Shown: positions 24,610 to 34,805, counted from the first letter of the stretch. The stretch is DNA of 64,000 nt from Actinomycetes bacterium (GCA_023565505.1 JAIMBI010000009.1:6547-70546); one strand, 5' to 3'. The notes: generated by a model not told the origin, from the sequence alone. Translations and numbers: made by a program.

Positions 24610-25662
24610 TCACCACTGCGACACGACTTGGATGCCGAGCGTGCGGAAGTCGGTCATGGCCGCGAGCACGTCCGGCGCTTCGTCGATAGTTACGGTACGG
24701 CTGACGAGGGACTGGGGACGGAGCTTGCCCGCCGCCACCATCCCCAACAGGTCGGGGTACCGCCAGGCGGGCATCCCTAGGGACCCGACGAACTGGATTT
24801 CTTTCTGGACGATGAGGTCGACGGGCAGCGGGACCCGCCCCGATTCGGCCTGGGTGGTCATGCCGATTTGGAGATGCCGCCCGCGCTTCTTGAGGCTGGC
24901 CAAGGCGTTCAGACAGGTCTCGGCGACGCCCAGCGCGTCCACCGCCACGTGAGCGCCGCCGCCGGTGAGCGCGCGCACGGCCTCCACCGGGTCGGTGGTC
25001 CGGGCGTCGACGGTCGCCTCGGCCCCCGCCTCGCGGGCGGCCGCGAGCTTGTCGGGATGGATGTCCACTGCGATGGGCCGGGCGCCGATGGCCGCCGCGA
25101 TGTGCACGGCCGACAGGCCCACGCCGCCGGCGCCGTAGACGGCCACCCATTCGCCCGGGGCGACCCGCGCCTGGTCCACCACGCCGTGGAAGGCGGTCAT
25201 GAAGCGGCAACCTAGACTGGCGGCGGCGACGAAATCCACCGTATCGGGGAGGGCGACCAAGCTGGTGTCGGCGCGGGGCACCGCGACGAGCCGGCCGTAA
25301 CCGCCCCAGTAGCTGAACCCGGGCATCAGGATATGGGCGCACACGTTGGAGTGCCCGGCAAGACAATACTCGCAGGTTCCGTCGCCCTGGGTGAACGGCA
25401 CCACCACCCGGTCGCCCGGCTTGAAGCGCTGGACGTTCGCCCCGACCGCTTCGACCACGCCGGCAAACTCGTGGCCGAGCACGTGGGGCAGGCGAAGCCG
25501 CATCCCGATCCAGCTCCAGTCGCCCTGCCAGGCGTGCCAGTCGCTGCGGCAAATGCCGTTGGCTTCGACGCGGATGATGACGCCGTCGGGGGGCGTCGTC
25601 GGGTCGGGGACCTCACGGACGACAAGGGGGGACCGGAACGCTTCGAGCACCATGGCCTTCAC
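24610..25662 (-). CDS. Zinc-dependent alcohol dehydrogenase family oxidoreductase
   Basis: GICRSDWH, GHEFAGVVEAVG and GAGGVG. The GTG at 25662 follows AAGGAGG. Confidence 0.85.
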   Translation of the reverse strand: MKAMVLEAFRSPLVVREVPDPTTPPDGVIIRVEANGICRSDWHAWQGDWSWIGMRLRLPHVLGHEFAGVVEAVGANVQRFKPGDRVVVPFTQGDGTCEYCLAGHSNVCAHILMPGFSYWGGYGRLVAVPRADTSLVALPDTVDFVAAASLGCRFMTAFHGVVDQARVAPGEWVAVYGAGGVGLSAVHIAAAIGARPIAVDIHPDKLAAAREAGAEATVDARTTDPVEAVRALTGGGAHVAVDALGVAETCLNALASLKKRGRHLQIGMTTQAESGRVPLPVDLIVQKEIQFVGSLGMPAWRYPDLLGMVAAGKLRPQSLVSRTVTIDEAPDVLAAMTDFRTLGIQVVSQW

Positions 25663-25879
25663 CAAGGCCGCCTCCTTACTCCCGCCAAAAGTTGCACAGG
25701 ACAATCAAGTCTATTATAGAGCCGCGGATCTTTCGGTCAATTAGTAGGATTGCTATCGGGGGACGATGACGCCCGGGACGAGCGTGGCCTCCCGAAGGCC
25801 CGGGCGCTCTGGACCCCGCCGGCCGGGGGAGGGCGGGCCGGTCGGTTTGGCCGCCGGGGCGGCCCGAGAGCTGCGGGGG

Positions 25880-27097
25880 CTACGGCGCCGCGGGCCGTTT
25901 GGCGGTCACAGGGCGCGACGGCAGCCGGGCGAGCCCGAGAAGATCCGCCGCCACCTCCAGGGCCGCCAGCGGACGCCCCAAGGCGCGGGCGCGGTCGGCC
26001 ACAGCCTCCCGGACCCGCGAGGCGGTCAACAACATCCGCACGGCCGCGGCCAAGGCGGCGTCGTCCCGCGCGATCCGGCCGGCCCCGTGGTCGGCTACCC
26101 ACTGCGCGTTGCCGGCCTCCTGGCCCGGCACGGGCCGGTAAATCACCACGGGGCGGCCTACGGCAAACGCTTCGGACAGCGTGATGGCACCGCCCTTGGT
26201 GACGACGACGTCGGCGGCCGCCATGAGCAGGGCGACGCGCTCTTCGAACCCCAGCACCGTGAGACGGGCGGGATCCACGGGCCAGCGGGCGAGCTGGCGT
26301 TGCAGGCGGTCGTCGCGGCCGGTCACCACCACCAAGCGGAAGCGCAGGGGGATGGCCAGAAGCGCCCGCACGGCGGCGGGGACCCGGCCGAGGGTCCCCA
26401 GCGCGCTGGTCAGGAAGAGCACTACGGGGAGGGTCGGGTCGAAGCCCAGCACGCCACGGGCGGAGCGCCCGTCGGGCGGCGTCCAGAAGGTCCGGCGGAC
26501 CGGGATGCCGGTCACCCGGAGACGTGACCCCGGCACGCCACCCGCGCCCAGATAGGCCGCCATGGCGTCCGTAGGGGCGTAGTACCGGTCTACGAAGGGC
26601 TTGAGCCACTCGTCGTGGCCGACGAAGTCGGTCATCAGGCCGGCCACCGGGACGTCCAGGCCGGTGCGCCGCCGGATCTCGCCCAACACCCCCAGCGGCA
26701 GGGGGTGCGTGCCCAAGACGGCCGCCGGGGTGACCTCGCGCAACCACGCCTCCAGGCTGAGGCGTCCGACCCGGTATTCGACGCTCTGCCAGAGGCGCAG
26801 ATGGGCCATGCGGGACGTGAGGCGGTAAAGCATCCCGTACGCGGTGGGCGCCCGCTTGGTCAAGAGCCGGTAGATCCCCACGGTGGCCGGCGCCAAGCCG
26901 GCGGGGAAGAAATCGAGATAGTCGACGACCTGGACGACGGTCCCGGGCCGCAAGAGCTGAACCGCCTCGGCTACCGCCGCGGCCGCGTGGTTGTGGCCCG
27001 CTCCGTAGCCGGCGGAGAGGATAAGGACGTCGACGCGGCGGCGCTCCAATCCGTCGCCGCCGCCCCCGTGCGGCGACGCCCGTGGTTTGCTGGCCAT
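25880..27097 (-). CDS. MGDG-synthase/UgtP-like (GT28) glycolipid glycosyltransferase
   Basis: ILSAGYGAGHNHAAAAV... N-terminal domain and the C-terminal TKGGAITLSEA. Confidence 0.7.
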   Translation of the reverse strand: MASKPRASPHGGGGDGLERRRVDVLILSAGYGAGHNHAAAAVAEAVQLLRPGTVVQVVDYLDFFPAGLAPATVGIYRLLTKRAPTAYGMLYRLTSRMAHLRLWQSVEYRVGRLSLEAWLREVTPAAVLGTHPLPLGVLGEIRRRTGLDVPVAGLMTDFVGHDEWLKPFVDRYYAPTDAMAAYLGAGGVPGSRLRVTGIPVRRTFWTPPDGRSARGVLGFDPTLPVVLFLTSALGTLGRVPAAVRALLAIPLRFRLVVVTGRDDRLQRQLARWPVDPARLTVLGFEERVALLMAAADVVVTKGGAITLSEAFAVGRPVVIYRPVPGQEAGNAQWVADHGAGRIARDDAALAAAVRMLLTASRVREAVADRARALGRPLAALEVAADLLGLARLPSRPVTAKRPAAP

Positions 27098-27707
27098 CTC
27101 CTACCTCCTGTAGGTTCGGGCCCCAGAAGGGCCAGGAGGTCTGCCGAGCAGGCGACGACGCCTGCCGCCCTTCGGATGTTGGGCCGCAGCCGCGGGTCCT
27201 CCAGCCTGTAAGGCCCTACGACCCCTGCGGGCCAGCACCCGGCGATGGTCTGGAGCCACCGGGTCCGGTAGGGCGTCACGACGCGTCGCCGTCCGCCGCA
27301 GCGGGAGCGGTGGGCCACGCGCACCTTCCGAGGCCATGCGGTCGACCCATGCCCCCGCGGTGGCCCCCGGGGGAATGCCCCCGGCGGTCCACGGGAGCCT
27401 CAGCCGTCATGTCGCGACATCGGACCGGGCCGCCCTGCCCGCGGCGGGCCGGGAGCACGCTTGCGGCCCGGCGCGCGGGCACTGCCTCTGCCGAGGTCGG
27501 CCACGCCGTGGCCGGCGCCCGGGCGGCCGCCGGTCAGCACCCTACCGGCGGGACGCCGGGTCGTGCCCACCGGCCTCGGGGCGGCACCGGCCAGGTGAAG
27601 CGGGATTCGCCGTCGGAAGGGCCGTCCCTTCCGGAAGGCGAGGGGCCGGAGACCCGTTCCCCAGCCTTTTCAGGTGTGCCGAGGAGCTGGGAGGCCGTCG
27701 CCTGGCC

Positions 27708-27890
27708 TCACTCCCCGCCCCGGGACCCCTTCGGCGGCGCAGACATCTCCTCAAGCGTGAAGCGGTCGCGGCGGTCACGCTCGCGGTCCAGCCGGTGGCC
27801 CCAGCTGAACGCGACGTAGTTGACCAAGAAGAACAGCACGCTTACGGCCAGGGCGACGGCGATCATCACCGGCGGCGCGGACATGCACAC
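27708..27890 (-). CDS. Possible small single-TM protein
   Basis: PPVMIAVALAVSVLFFLVNYVAF followed by a charged tail. This is the only non-Arg/Pro-rich ORF in a gene-poor kilobase. Confidence 0.3.
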   Translation of the reverse strand: MCMSAPPVMIAVALAVSVLFFLVNYVAFSWGHRLDRERDRRDRFTLEEMSAPPKGSRGGE

Positions 27891-28108
27891 GCACCTCGCT
27901 TCCCCACGGGCGACTCATTCGGGACCGGATATCGCCGCTTCGCCGGTCTCGGGGTCGCTGTACCGCCAGGATAAGGCTTTGCCCGGACACCGGCAACCGG
28001 CTCGGCCGCGTGGTGCCCCCCAGTCCAGCTTGCCGGCGGGGCCCGCCATATGGTTTCAAGGCCGATGCGTAAGTCTCGACCCGGGGATTGTGTGGAGCGC
28101 GAGACGAC

Positions 28109-28984
28109 CTAGCTGATGCTTTCCGCCGGGGTGCGAAGGCGGTAGAACCGGCGCGCGTTGTCCCCGAAAATGGCGGACCGCTCGGCGGGACCGAGTGTCC
28201 CGGGGAGGGTCGCGGTCGCCAACTCGACCACTTGGTCGTATGTGGCCGCTTGGAGGCAGACCGGCCAGTCGCTCCCGAACATCACGCGGTCGGCCCCGAA
28301 CACGGTGACGACGTGGTGGACGTAGGGCATCATGTCCTCCGGCTTCCAGTGCGCCCAGTCGGCTTCGGTCACCATCCCCGACAGCTTGCACCACACGTCC
28401 GGGAAGGCGGCCAGGCGCGCGACCCACTGGCTCCAGGGCTCGAGCACGCCGGACGCAATAGGGGGCTTGCCGAGATGGTCGAGTACGGCGTGGAGGTGGG
28501 GCACCTCCTCCAACGCCGCCACCACGTGGGGCAGATGTCGGGGGTAAACCAGGATGTCGAAGGGGACGCCTTCGTCGGCGACCCAGCGGAGGTTGCGCAG
28601 GACTTCGGGCCGTCGAATCCACGCGTCGTCCTGGAGTTCCTGGAGCATGGGACGCAGCCCGACGAACTTGGGTCGCTGCTGCAGGCGGCGGAGGGCGCGG
28701 CGGAACGTCTCCGGCGGGGCCGCGAAGTCGAGCCAGCCCACGACGCCCCATACGAACGGGACACCCGCCACGAGGTCCAGGAGCCAGTCCGTCTCGGCTT
28801 CGGTCTGCGCGGCCTGGACCACCACGGACGCGTCGAAGCCGTGACGGACGAGATGTGGCTCGAGGTCGGTCGGTAGGTAGTCCCGCCACAGGGTGGGGCG
28901 ATCCGGGGTCAGAAAGTCGTAGTCCTGCCGCCGGGTGGTCCAGAAGTGCTGGTGACTGTCGATCCGGAAACGGGATTCGGTCAT
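28109..28984 (-). CDS. Amidohydrolase-2 family protein (lactonase/decarboxylase type)
   Basis: RIDSHQHFW N-terminal metal motif, ...DHLGKP..., and FGSDWP. Confidence 0.8.
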   Translation of the reverse strand: MTESRFRIDSHQHFWTTRRQDYDFLTPDRPTLWRDYLPTDLEPHLVRHGFDASVVVQAAQTEAETDWLLDLVAGVPFVWGVVGWLDFAAPPETFRRALRRLQQRPKFVGLRPMLQELQDDAWIRRPEVLRNLRWVADEGVPFDILVYPRHLPHVVAALEEVPHLHAVLDHLGKPPIASGVLEPWSQWVARLAAFPDVWCKLSGMVTEADWAHWKPEDMMPYVHHVVTVFGADRVMFGSDWPVCLQAATYDQVVELATATLPGTLGPAERSAIFGDNARRFYRLRTPAESIS

Positions 28985-29082
28985 GGGCGCGCCTCCTCGA
29001 GCGGTGGTGAAAAACTGGCGATGCGGGCCAAAATCCCCGCGGATCCCACTTTACAGCAGAATGTTGGGGCGATATCTTCAGT

Positions 29083-29108
29083 TTAACGTTAACGGCCGTT
29101 AACGTTAA
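29083..29108. promoter_or_regulatory. Perfect 26-bp palindrome, a candidate LacI-family operator
   Basis: TTAACGTTAACGGCCGTTAACGTTAA consists of two 10-bp palindromic boxes TTAACGTTAA separated by CGGCCG. It lies in the divergent intergenic region 28985-29131. Confidence 0.55.
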
Positions 29109-29131
29109 CATGTCCGTCGGAGGGCGCTCTG

Positions 29132-30619
29132 ATGCTGATCCTCTCCGAGATTTCGAAGCGCTTCGAGAACACGGTCGCGTTGGACCGGGTGAGTCTCGAG
29201 GCGCGACCGGGCGAGGTCCATGCGTTAGTGGGCCAGAACGGGTCGGGGAAAAGCACGCTGATGAAGATTTTGGCCGGCGTGTTTCCGCCGGACCACGGGG
29301 AGATCCAGTTGGACGGGCGGGTCGTCCGGATGACCGACGTGGCCCGGGCCGAGCAATTCGGGGTCGGCATTGTCTATCAAGAACTGAGTCTCTTCCCGCA
29401 CCTGTCCGTCGCGGCGAACGTGATGATGGGCCACGAGGTGGTGCGTGGCCGGATCATCGACCGCGCGGCGACACGCCGGGCAGCCGAAGAGGTGCTGCGG
29501 CGCCTAGGGGTTCGGGGCCTCCCCATCGATTCACCGGTAAGGGCGCTAACAGCTGCACAACAGCAGTTGGTCGAAATCGCCAAGTGCTTGGCCAAACGGC
29601 CGCGCATCGTGATCTTCGACGAGCCGACCGCGTCACTGACGGCCGCCGAGTCGCGACTTCTGTTCGACGTCATCCGGCAGTTGCGCCGCGACGACCTCAT
29701 CGTCCTCTACATCTCCCATCACCTCGAGGAGATCTACGAGCTGGCCGACAGGGTCACCGTCTTGCGTGACGGCACGGTCGCCTATTCCGGTCCCGTGACG
29801 GACGTCGACCATGTTACGTTGGTCCAACACATGGTGGGACGCCGGATCGAGCAATTCTACCCTCGGCGCGCAGGCGCCCCTCAAGCAGCCGTCCTTCTGG
29901 AAGCGGATGCGATCCGGGCACCGGGATTGGATGCCGTTTCGCTTACGGTCCACGCCGGAGAGATCCTGGGCATCGGGGGGCCCGTGGGAAGCGGGCAGAC
30001 GGCGCTCGCAGAGGTTTTGACCGGTGTGCGCCCGGCAACCCAGGGAGAGATCCGCCTCAAAGGTCGCACGGTCCGCCTCCGGGATGTCGCTGACGCCATC
30101 GCTGCCGGCATCGCTTATGTACCCGAGGACCGCCGGACCGAGGGTTTGGCGCTTAACTTGTCCATGCGCACCAATTTGGCCTTGCCGTTGCTTATCCATC
30201 GCCACGCGATGGCCAATGGGGTGGGATTCGTGCGCCGTCGCGAGGAGCAGGGGCACGCCGCGTTGCTCCGGACCCGGCTCAAGATCAAGGGCGACGTGGA
30301 TCGTCCGGTCGCGACCTTGTCGGGCGGAAACCAGCAGAAGGTTGCCGTGGCACGTTGGGTCGGCCTCGACGCTGACGTATACGTGCTGAACGATCCGACC
30401 AAAGGGATCGACGTCTCGTCCAAAGTCGACATCTATGAGGCCATCAACCAGTTGGCGGACGCGGGCAAGGGAGTGGTTTTGGTTTCGTCCTATAACCCGG
30501 AGCTGTTGAATCTTTGTGACCGCATCCTGGTCATGTACCGGGGGCGGGTCGTCCGTGAGTTCATGGCACGCGACACGACGGAAGAGCAGCTGTTGCTGGC
30601 GACCGCGTCGGCACAGTAG
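29132..30619 (+). CDS. Sugar ABC transporter ATP-binding protein (two ABC domains, RbsA/MglA type)
   Basis: GQNGSGKST, GPVGSGQT, and the signatures LTAAQQQ and LSGGNQQK. Confidence 0.9.
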   Translation: MLILSEISKRFENTVALDRVSLEARPGEVHALVGQNGSGKSTLMKILAGVFPPDHGEIQLDGRVVRMTDVARAEQFGVGIVYQELSLFPHLSVAANVMMGHEVVRGRIIDRAATRRAAEEVLRRLGVRGLPIDSPVRALTAAQQQLVEIAKCLAKRPRIVIFDEPTASLTAAESRLLFDVIRQLRRDDLIVLYISHHLEEIYELADRVTVLRDGTVAYSGPVTDVDHVTLVQHMVGRRIEQFYPRRAGAPQAAVLLEADAIRAPGLDAVSLTVHAGEILGIGGPVGSGQTALAEVLTGVRPATQGEIRLKGRTVRLRDVADAIAAGIAYVPEDRRTEGLALNLSMRTNLALPLLIHRHAMANGVGFVRRREEQGHAALLRTRLKIKGDVDRPVATLSGGNQQKVAVARWVGLDADVYVLNDPTKGIDVSSKVDIYEAINQLADAGKGVVLVSSYNPELLNLCDRILVMYRGRVVREFMARDTTEEQLLLATASAQ

Positions 30620-30633
30620 GTAGGAGGCACGTT

Positions 30634-31638
30634 ATGTCGCTTGAGATACGCCGTTCGGAACCGACCGGCCCGGTAGAGGCAGAAGCCGCCGTCGGTCGCC
30701 GTCTACGCCTAAAGAGCCTCGTGAACTCGTCGCTGGTCGGCGTGGCGTTATTGGCGTTGGTGCTCTTCTTCACCATCGCAACGCCCTACTTCATGACGGC
30801 GGTGAACTGGTACCACATTCTGCAGGATGTGGCCGTGGTGGCGGTATTGACTGTGGGTCAGGCGTTCGTCATCATCACCGCCGGCATTGACCTTTCACAA
30901 GGGTCTGTGTTGGGCCTTACGGGTGTCGTCGCGGCGCTGGCCATGACGGGGCACCAGCCGATCTGGTTGGCGGTGGTGCTGGGCCTCGCGGTAGGCCTGG
31001 TGGTGGGACTGGTCAACGGTGGTCTCATCACCCTGGCGAAGCTGCCACCGTTTATCGCTACGTTGGCCACCATGAGTATGGGCGTGGGGGCCGCCCTCAT
31101 CATCACCCACGGCGAGCCGGTGTTCGGGATACCGCCGGCTTTCAGCAACTTCGGCCAAGGCGGCGTGAGCATCTTCCCGTACATCGCCCTGGTAGCCATC
31201 CTGCTGGCCGCTGTGTTTCACGTGGTTCTCGCGTACACCCGTTTCGGCCGCTTCACCTATGCCATCGGCAGCAATGCGCTGTCTGCCCGGCTGTCGGGGC
31301 TCAACGTGCGCCGCCACCTCCTTTGGGTGTACGTGCTGAGCGGCTTGATGTCTGCTGTGGCGGGTCTTCTTATGACAGCATGGGTCAACTCGGCGCTTCC
31401 CACGGCCGGGTCCAACTATGAGCTCAACTCGATTGCGGCAGTGGTCATCGGCGGGGGGAGCTTGTTCGGCGGCGAAGGCACCATGTGGGGCAGCATGATC
31501 GGCGCGCTTCTGATGGCGACTTTGAGCAATGGCACCCAGCTGTTGGGTGTCTCCACGTACTGGCAGGATGTCCTCCTTGGCCTCGTCGTGGTGCTCGCAG
31601 TATACGTGGACAATTTCCGGCGGCGGACCACCGTTTAG
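30634..31638 (+). CDS. Sugar ABC transporter permease (RbsC type)
   Basis: The protein is multi-TM, with ...ITAGIDLSQGSV... and ...AAVVIGGGSLFGGEGTMWG. Confidence 0.85.
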   Translation: MSLEIRRSEPTGPVEAEAAVGRRLRLKSLVNSSLVGVALLALVLFFTIATPYFMTAVNWYHILQDVAVVAVLTVGQAFVIITAGIDLSQGSVLGLTGVVAALAMTGHQPIWLAVVLGLAVGLVVGLVNGGLITLAKLPPFIATLATMSMGVGAALIITHGEPVFGIPPAFSNFGQGGVSIFPYIALVAILLAAVFHVVLAYTRFGRFTYAIGSNALSARLSGLNVRRHLLWVYVLSGLMSAVAGLLMTAWVNSALPTAGSNYELNSIAAVVIGGGSLFGGEGTMWGSMIGALLMATLSNGTQLLGVSTYWQDVLLGLVVVLAVYVDNFRRRTTV

Positions 31639-31782
31639 GAGTCCGCGCCGAAGCGCCCGAATGGCGCAACTTGATCCGCTCGACTCCCCGCCGGCGACCC
31701 GGCCGGCGGGGAGCCGGCGAAGTCCGGAACGTCCGGGCACTGGGCTCGGGGTTCCGGCAGCGATGGGAGGGAAGGGATAGAG

Positions 31783-32784
31783 ATGATACGGGCGACACGC
31801 CTTACGAGCTTCGGGACCGCTCTCGGTCTGGTCGCCGCCCTCGCGGGGTGCGGTGGCGGGGCTGCCCCGGGGTCTGCGAAAACCGCGTCTTCACCGCACT
31901 ACGTGTTCGAACTCATCACGAAGTCGAATGCCAGTCCATATTGGCTTGCGGTCAAAGACGGTGCCGATGCGGCAGCCAAGAAGGTGGGGGCGACGGTGCA
32001 TTTCGAAGCGCCCGCCTCGGGGACCGACCTGGCGACGCAGATCTCAATGGTCAACAATGCGGCGGCATCACACGTCGACGGGATCATCCTTGCGGCGCAG
32101 AACCCTTCCGCGTTGGTGGCGCCTGTCCAGGCGGCGGAGAAAGACGGGATCCCCGTCGTGACGGTTGATTCCGGCATTTCCCCGAACATCGCAGACAGTT
32201 TCCTGGCCACCTCCAACGTGGCATCGTCTGCGGCGCTCGCCAAGTACGTGGCCAAGCTGGCCGGCAACCACGGGGCCTATGCGATCATCGACTTTAACGA
32301 GGAGTCGAGTACCGGCATCGCGCGACCGAAGGGCTTCCGCCAGGGGATGTCGGCTATCCCCGGGATGAGCTATGTCGGGATGCAAATCGGCAACAACAGC
32401 ATCCCGCTGTCAACCCAAGAAGCCTTGACGTTGTTGGAGAGTCATCCTGAAATCAACGTTATGTTCGGCGCCAACGACCGCTCTGCGCTGGGCGTGGCGG
32501 CGGCGGTGCAGCAGCTGCACAAGGTCGGCAAAGTCGTGGTCGCCGGCTTTGACGCCGACCTCGGTGAGGTCGACCTCATCAAGAGCGGCGTCATCGCGGC
32601 GTCCGTGCTCCAAAGCCCTTACGATATGGGATACCAGGCCGTGATGGAGCTAGTTAAGATCAAGCATCACGAGGCCGTACCGAAGCGCGTCGACACGCCG
32701 TACATGATCGTCACGCCCCAGAACGTGAACACACCGGCGGCCGTGCGCTTCATCAAACAGTATATCCCGAACTACCAAGGTTAG
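31783..32784 (+). CDS. Periplasmic-binding-protein type I sugar-binding lipoprotein (RbsB type)
   Basis: Lipobox LAGCGG, plus ...NPYWLAVKDGA... and VVTVDSG. Confidence 0.85.
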   Translation: MIRATRLTSFGTALGLVAALAGCGGGAAPGSAKTASSPHYVFELITKSNASPYWLAVKDGADAAAKKVGATVHFEAPASGTDLATQISMVNNAAASHVDGIILAAQNPSALVAPVQAAEKDGIPVVTVDSGISPNIADSFLATSNVASSAALAKYVAKLAGNHGAYAIIDFNEESSTGIARPKGFRQGMSAIPGMSYVGMQIGNNSIPLSTQEALTLLESHPEINVMFGANDRSALGVAAAVQQLHKVGKVVVAGFDADLGEVDLIKSGVIAASVLQSPYDMGYQAVMELVKIKHHEAVPKRVDTPYMIVTPQNVNTPAAVRFIKQYIPNYQG

Positions 32785-33839
32785 ACCGACCCTGGGCTCG
32801 GCCGCGGGACTTGCCGCACGGCCCTCCGGCTTCTCAGGCTATGCCTTCCGATCACAATATCCGCCGGCACGACGAGCCGGGCCGGCTCCGGAGGGGCGGA
32901 GCCTTCGAGACGGGCGAAGAGGCGCAAGGCGGCTTCGCGGCCGAGCTCATAAGGGTGCTGTTGCGCGACGACGAAGTAACCTGGCGTAATGCCGAATGGA
33001 TCAGGATCCTCGAACGATGCGATGACCACGTCATCCGGCACTTGGAGGCCCAGCCGCCGTACGATGGTGTACGTTTCGGCCGCGGCCAGGTTGTTCCAGG
33101 CAAAAACGGCGCTTGCCGGCGGGTTATTGAGGAGCACGCGGCGGAGAAACGGGTCGAGGGTGGCTTCGTCTCGTGGGGCGACACCGGTGAGGACATCGTC
33201 GGGTCGCCAGTCCAGACCGGCGTCCCTGATGGCCTTGCGTGCGCCGGTGTACCGGTCTCGGACCACGGAGACGGCCAGGGAGCCTAGGACCAGGGCGATG
33301 CGAGTGTGGCCGTCGGCAATGACCTGGCGGAGGAGACGGTAAGCCGCCTCCTGGTCATCCCCGGTGACCATATCCAGCCCGAGGTCTTCAGGGAGGGTGC
33401 GGTCGACGAGGACTACCCGGGAGCCCAAGGAACCGAGATCCCTCAGAGCTGTGGCGCTGGTGTCGCCGCAGACCGAGATGATAAGACCATCGACCTGGGC
33501 TGTCCGGAGCATCTGCAAATATTGGCGTTCCACCTCTGGGTTCTCGTCGGTGTTGCACAGGATGAGCCGGTAACCGCGGGCCCGGGCGGCATCCTCGGCA
33601 CCGCGCGACAGCCGTGTGAAGAACGGATTGGTGACGTCGGGAATGAGCAGGGCGATGGTTTCCGTGCGTGCGGAGACGAGACTCTTGGCAATCCGATTGG
33701 GGACATAGCCGAGATCCTCGATGGCCTGCCGTATCTTGCGCAGCGTGGCGGGGTGGACCGTCTCGGGGTGGTTGATCGCCCGCGACACGGTCATGACCGA
33801 GACCCCGACACGCCGAGCAACGTCGCGCAAAGTGGGCAC
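32781..33839 (-). CDS. LacI-family transcriptional regulator
   Basis: PTLRDVARRVGVSVMTVSRAINHP and a PBP-type sugar-binding core. The GTG at 33839 follows AAAGGAG. Confidence 0.85.
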   Translation of the reverse strand: MPTLRDVARRVGVSVMTVSRAINHPETVHPATLRKIRQAIEDLGYVPNRIAKSLVSARTETIALLIPDVTNPFFTRLSRGAEDAARARGYRLILCNTDENPEVERQYLQMLRTAQVDGLIISVCGDTSATALRDLGSLGSRVVLVDRTLPEDLGLDMVTGDDQEAAYRLLRQVIADGHTRIALVLGSLAVSVVRDRYTGARKAIRDAGLDWRPDDVLTGVAPRDEATLDPFLRRVLLNNPPASAVFAWNNLAAAETYTIVRRLGLQVPDDVVIASFEDPDPFGITPGYFVVAQQHPYELGREAALRLFARLEGSAPPEPARLVVPADIVIGRHSLRSRRAVRQVPRPSPGSV

Positions 33840-33970
33840 CGAGCGGACTCCTTTCGGAAGGGGCGGAGCCCGGTCCGGCCGGGTCTCCACCGATTGTCAA
33901 CATTATAGGCGCCGTACCGCTCGGTTCGCAGCGGACGGGACGGTTCTACAGGAGAGGAACAGAAACGACC

Positions 33971-34774
33971 ATGCGAGTGTTGGAGAATCGGGTCGCTCTG
34001 GTCACGGGAGCGAGTCGGGGAATCGGACGCGCGATAGCCGAACGGCTTGCGGCCGAGGGGGCGCACGTGGCCATCAACTACTTGGACGAGACCCAGCGCC
34101 CAGCCGCGGAGGCCGTATGTGCCGACCTGCGCTGTCAAGGTGTGCGTGCTGTTCCGGTGATGGCCGACATCCGTGAGGTCCGGGCCATCCAGAAAATGGT
34201 CGACACGGTCGAAGCTGAATTGGGACCGGTCGATATTCTTGTCAACAATGCCGGAGTAGCACCCTTCGCTCCCTTCTTTGAAGTGACCGAGACGGTCTGG
34301 GACGATACCTACGCCACCAACGTGCGGGGCCTCTTTTTCCTGACCCAGCGCGTGGCCCGCGGCATGGTTGGCCGGCGGTTCGGGAAGATCGTCAACATTG
34401 CATCGACCGCGAGTGTGGTCGTGACCAGCCCCGTGATCCCGCACTATATATCCTCTAAGGGAGCCGTGCTGCAGCTTACCCGAGCCCTCGCCATCGAACT
34501 GGGGCGGTACGGGGTGAATGTCAACGCGGTGGGACCCAGCACGGTGCCAACGGATTTGGTACGCGAGTACCTGGCGCAACCGGGTATGCTTGAGCGGGAG
34601 ATCGCGGCCAATCCCATGGGGAGGCTGGGGACTCCCGAGCAGATCGCCGCGGCGGTGGCTTTCTTGGTGTCTCCGGACGCGGAGCAGATCAACGGGCATC
34701 TGCTCCTTGTGGACGGCGGACTGACGGTCAAGGCACCCCAACCCCCGGACCATCTTCGCCGCGAGACGCCCTAG
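33971..34774 (+). CDS. Short-chain dehydrogenase/reductase (intact)
   Basis: TGASRGIGRA, NNAG and YISSKGA. Confidence 0.85.
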   Translation: MRVLENRVALVTGASRGIGRAIAERLAAEGAHVAINYLDETQRPAAEAVCADLRCQGVRAVPVMADIREVRAIQKMVDTVEAELGPVDILVNNAGVAPFAPFFEVTETVWDDTYATNVRGLFFLTQRVARGMVGRRFGKIVNIASTASVVVTSPVIPHYISSKGAVLQLTRALAIELGRYGVNVNAVGPSTVPTDLVREYLAQPGMLEREIAANPMGRLGTPEQIAAAVAFLVSPDAEQINGHLLLVDGGLTVKAPQPPDHLRRETP

Positions 34775-34805
34775 GGTAGGGCAGGGTGGAGGAGGGAAGA
34801 CAGAC

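Noticed and set aside
33894-33908. TTGACA and TATAAT hexamers on the minus strand upstream of the LacI-family gene
   Set aside because: They occur in the wrong order and are adjacent (TATAAT-G-TTGACA), so they cannot form one promoter.
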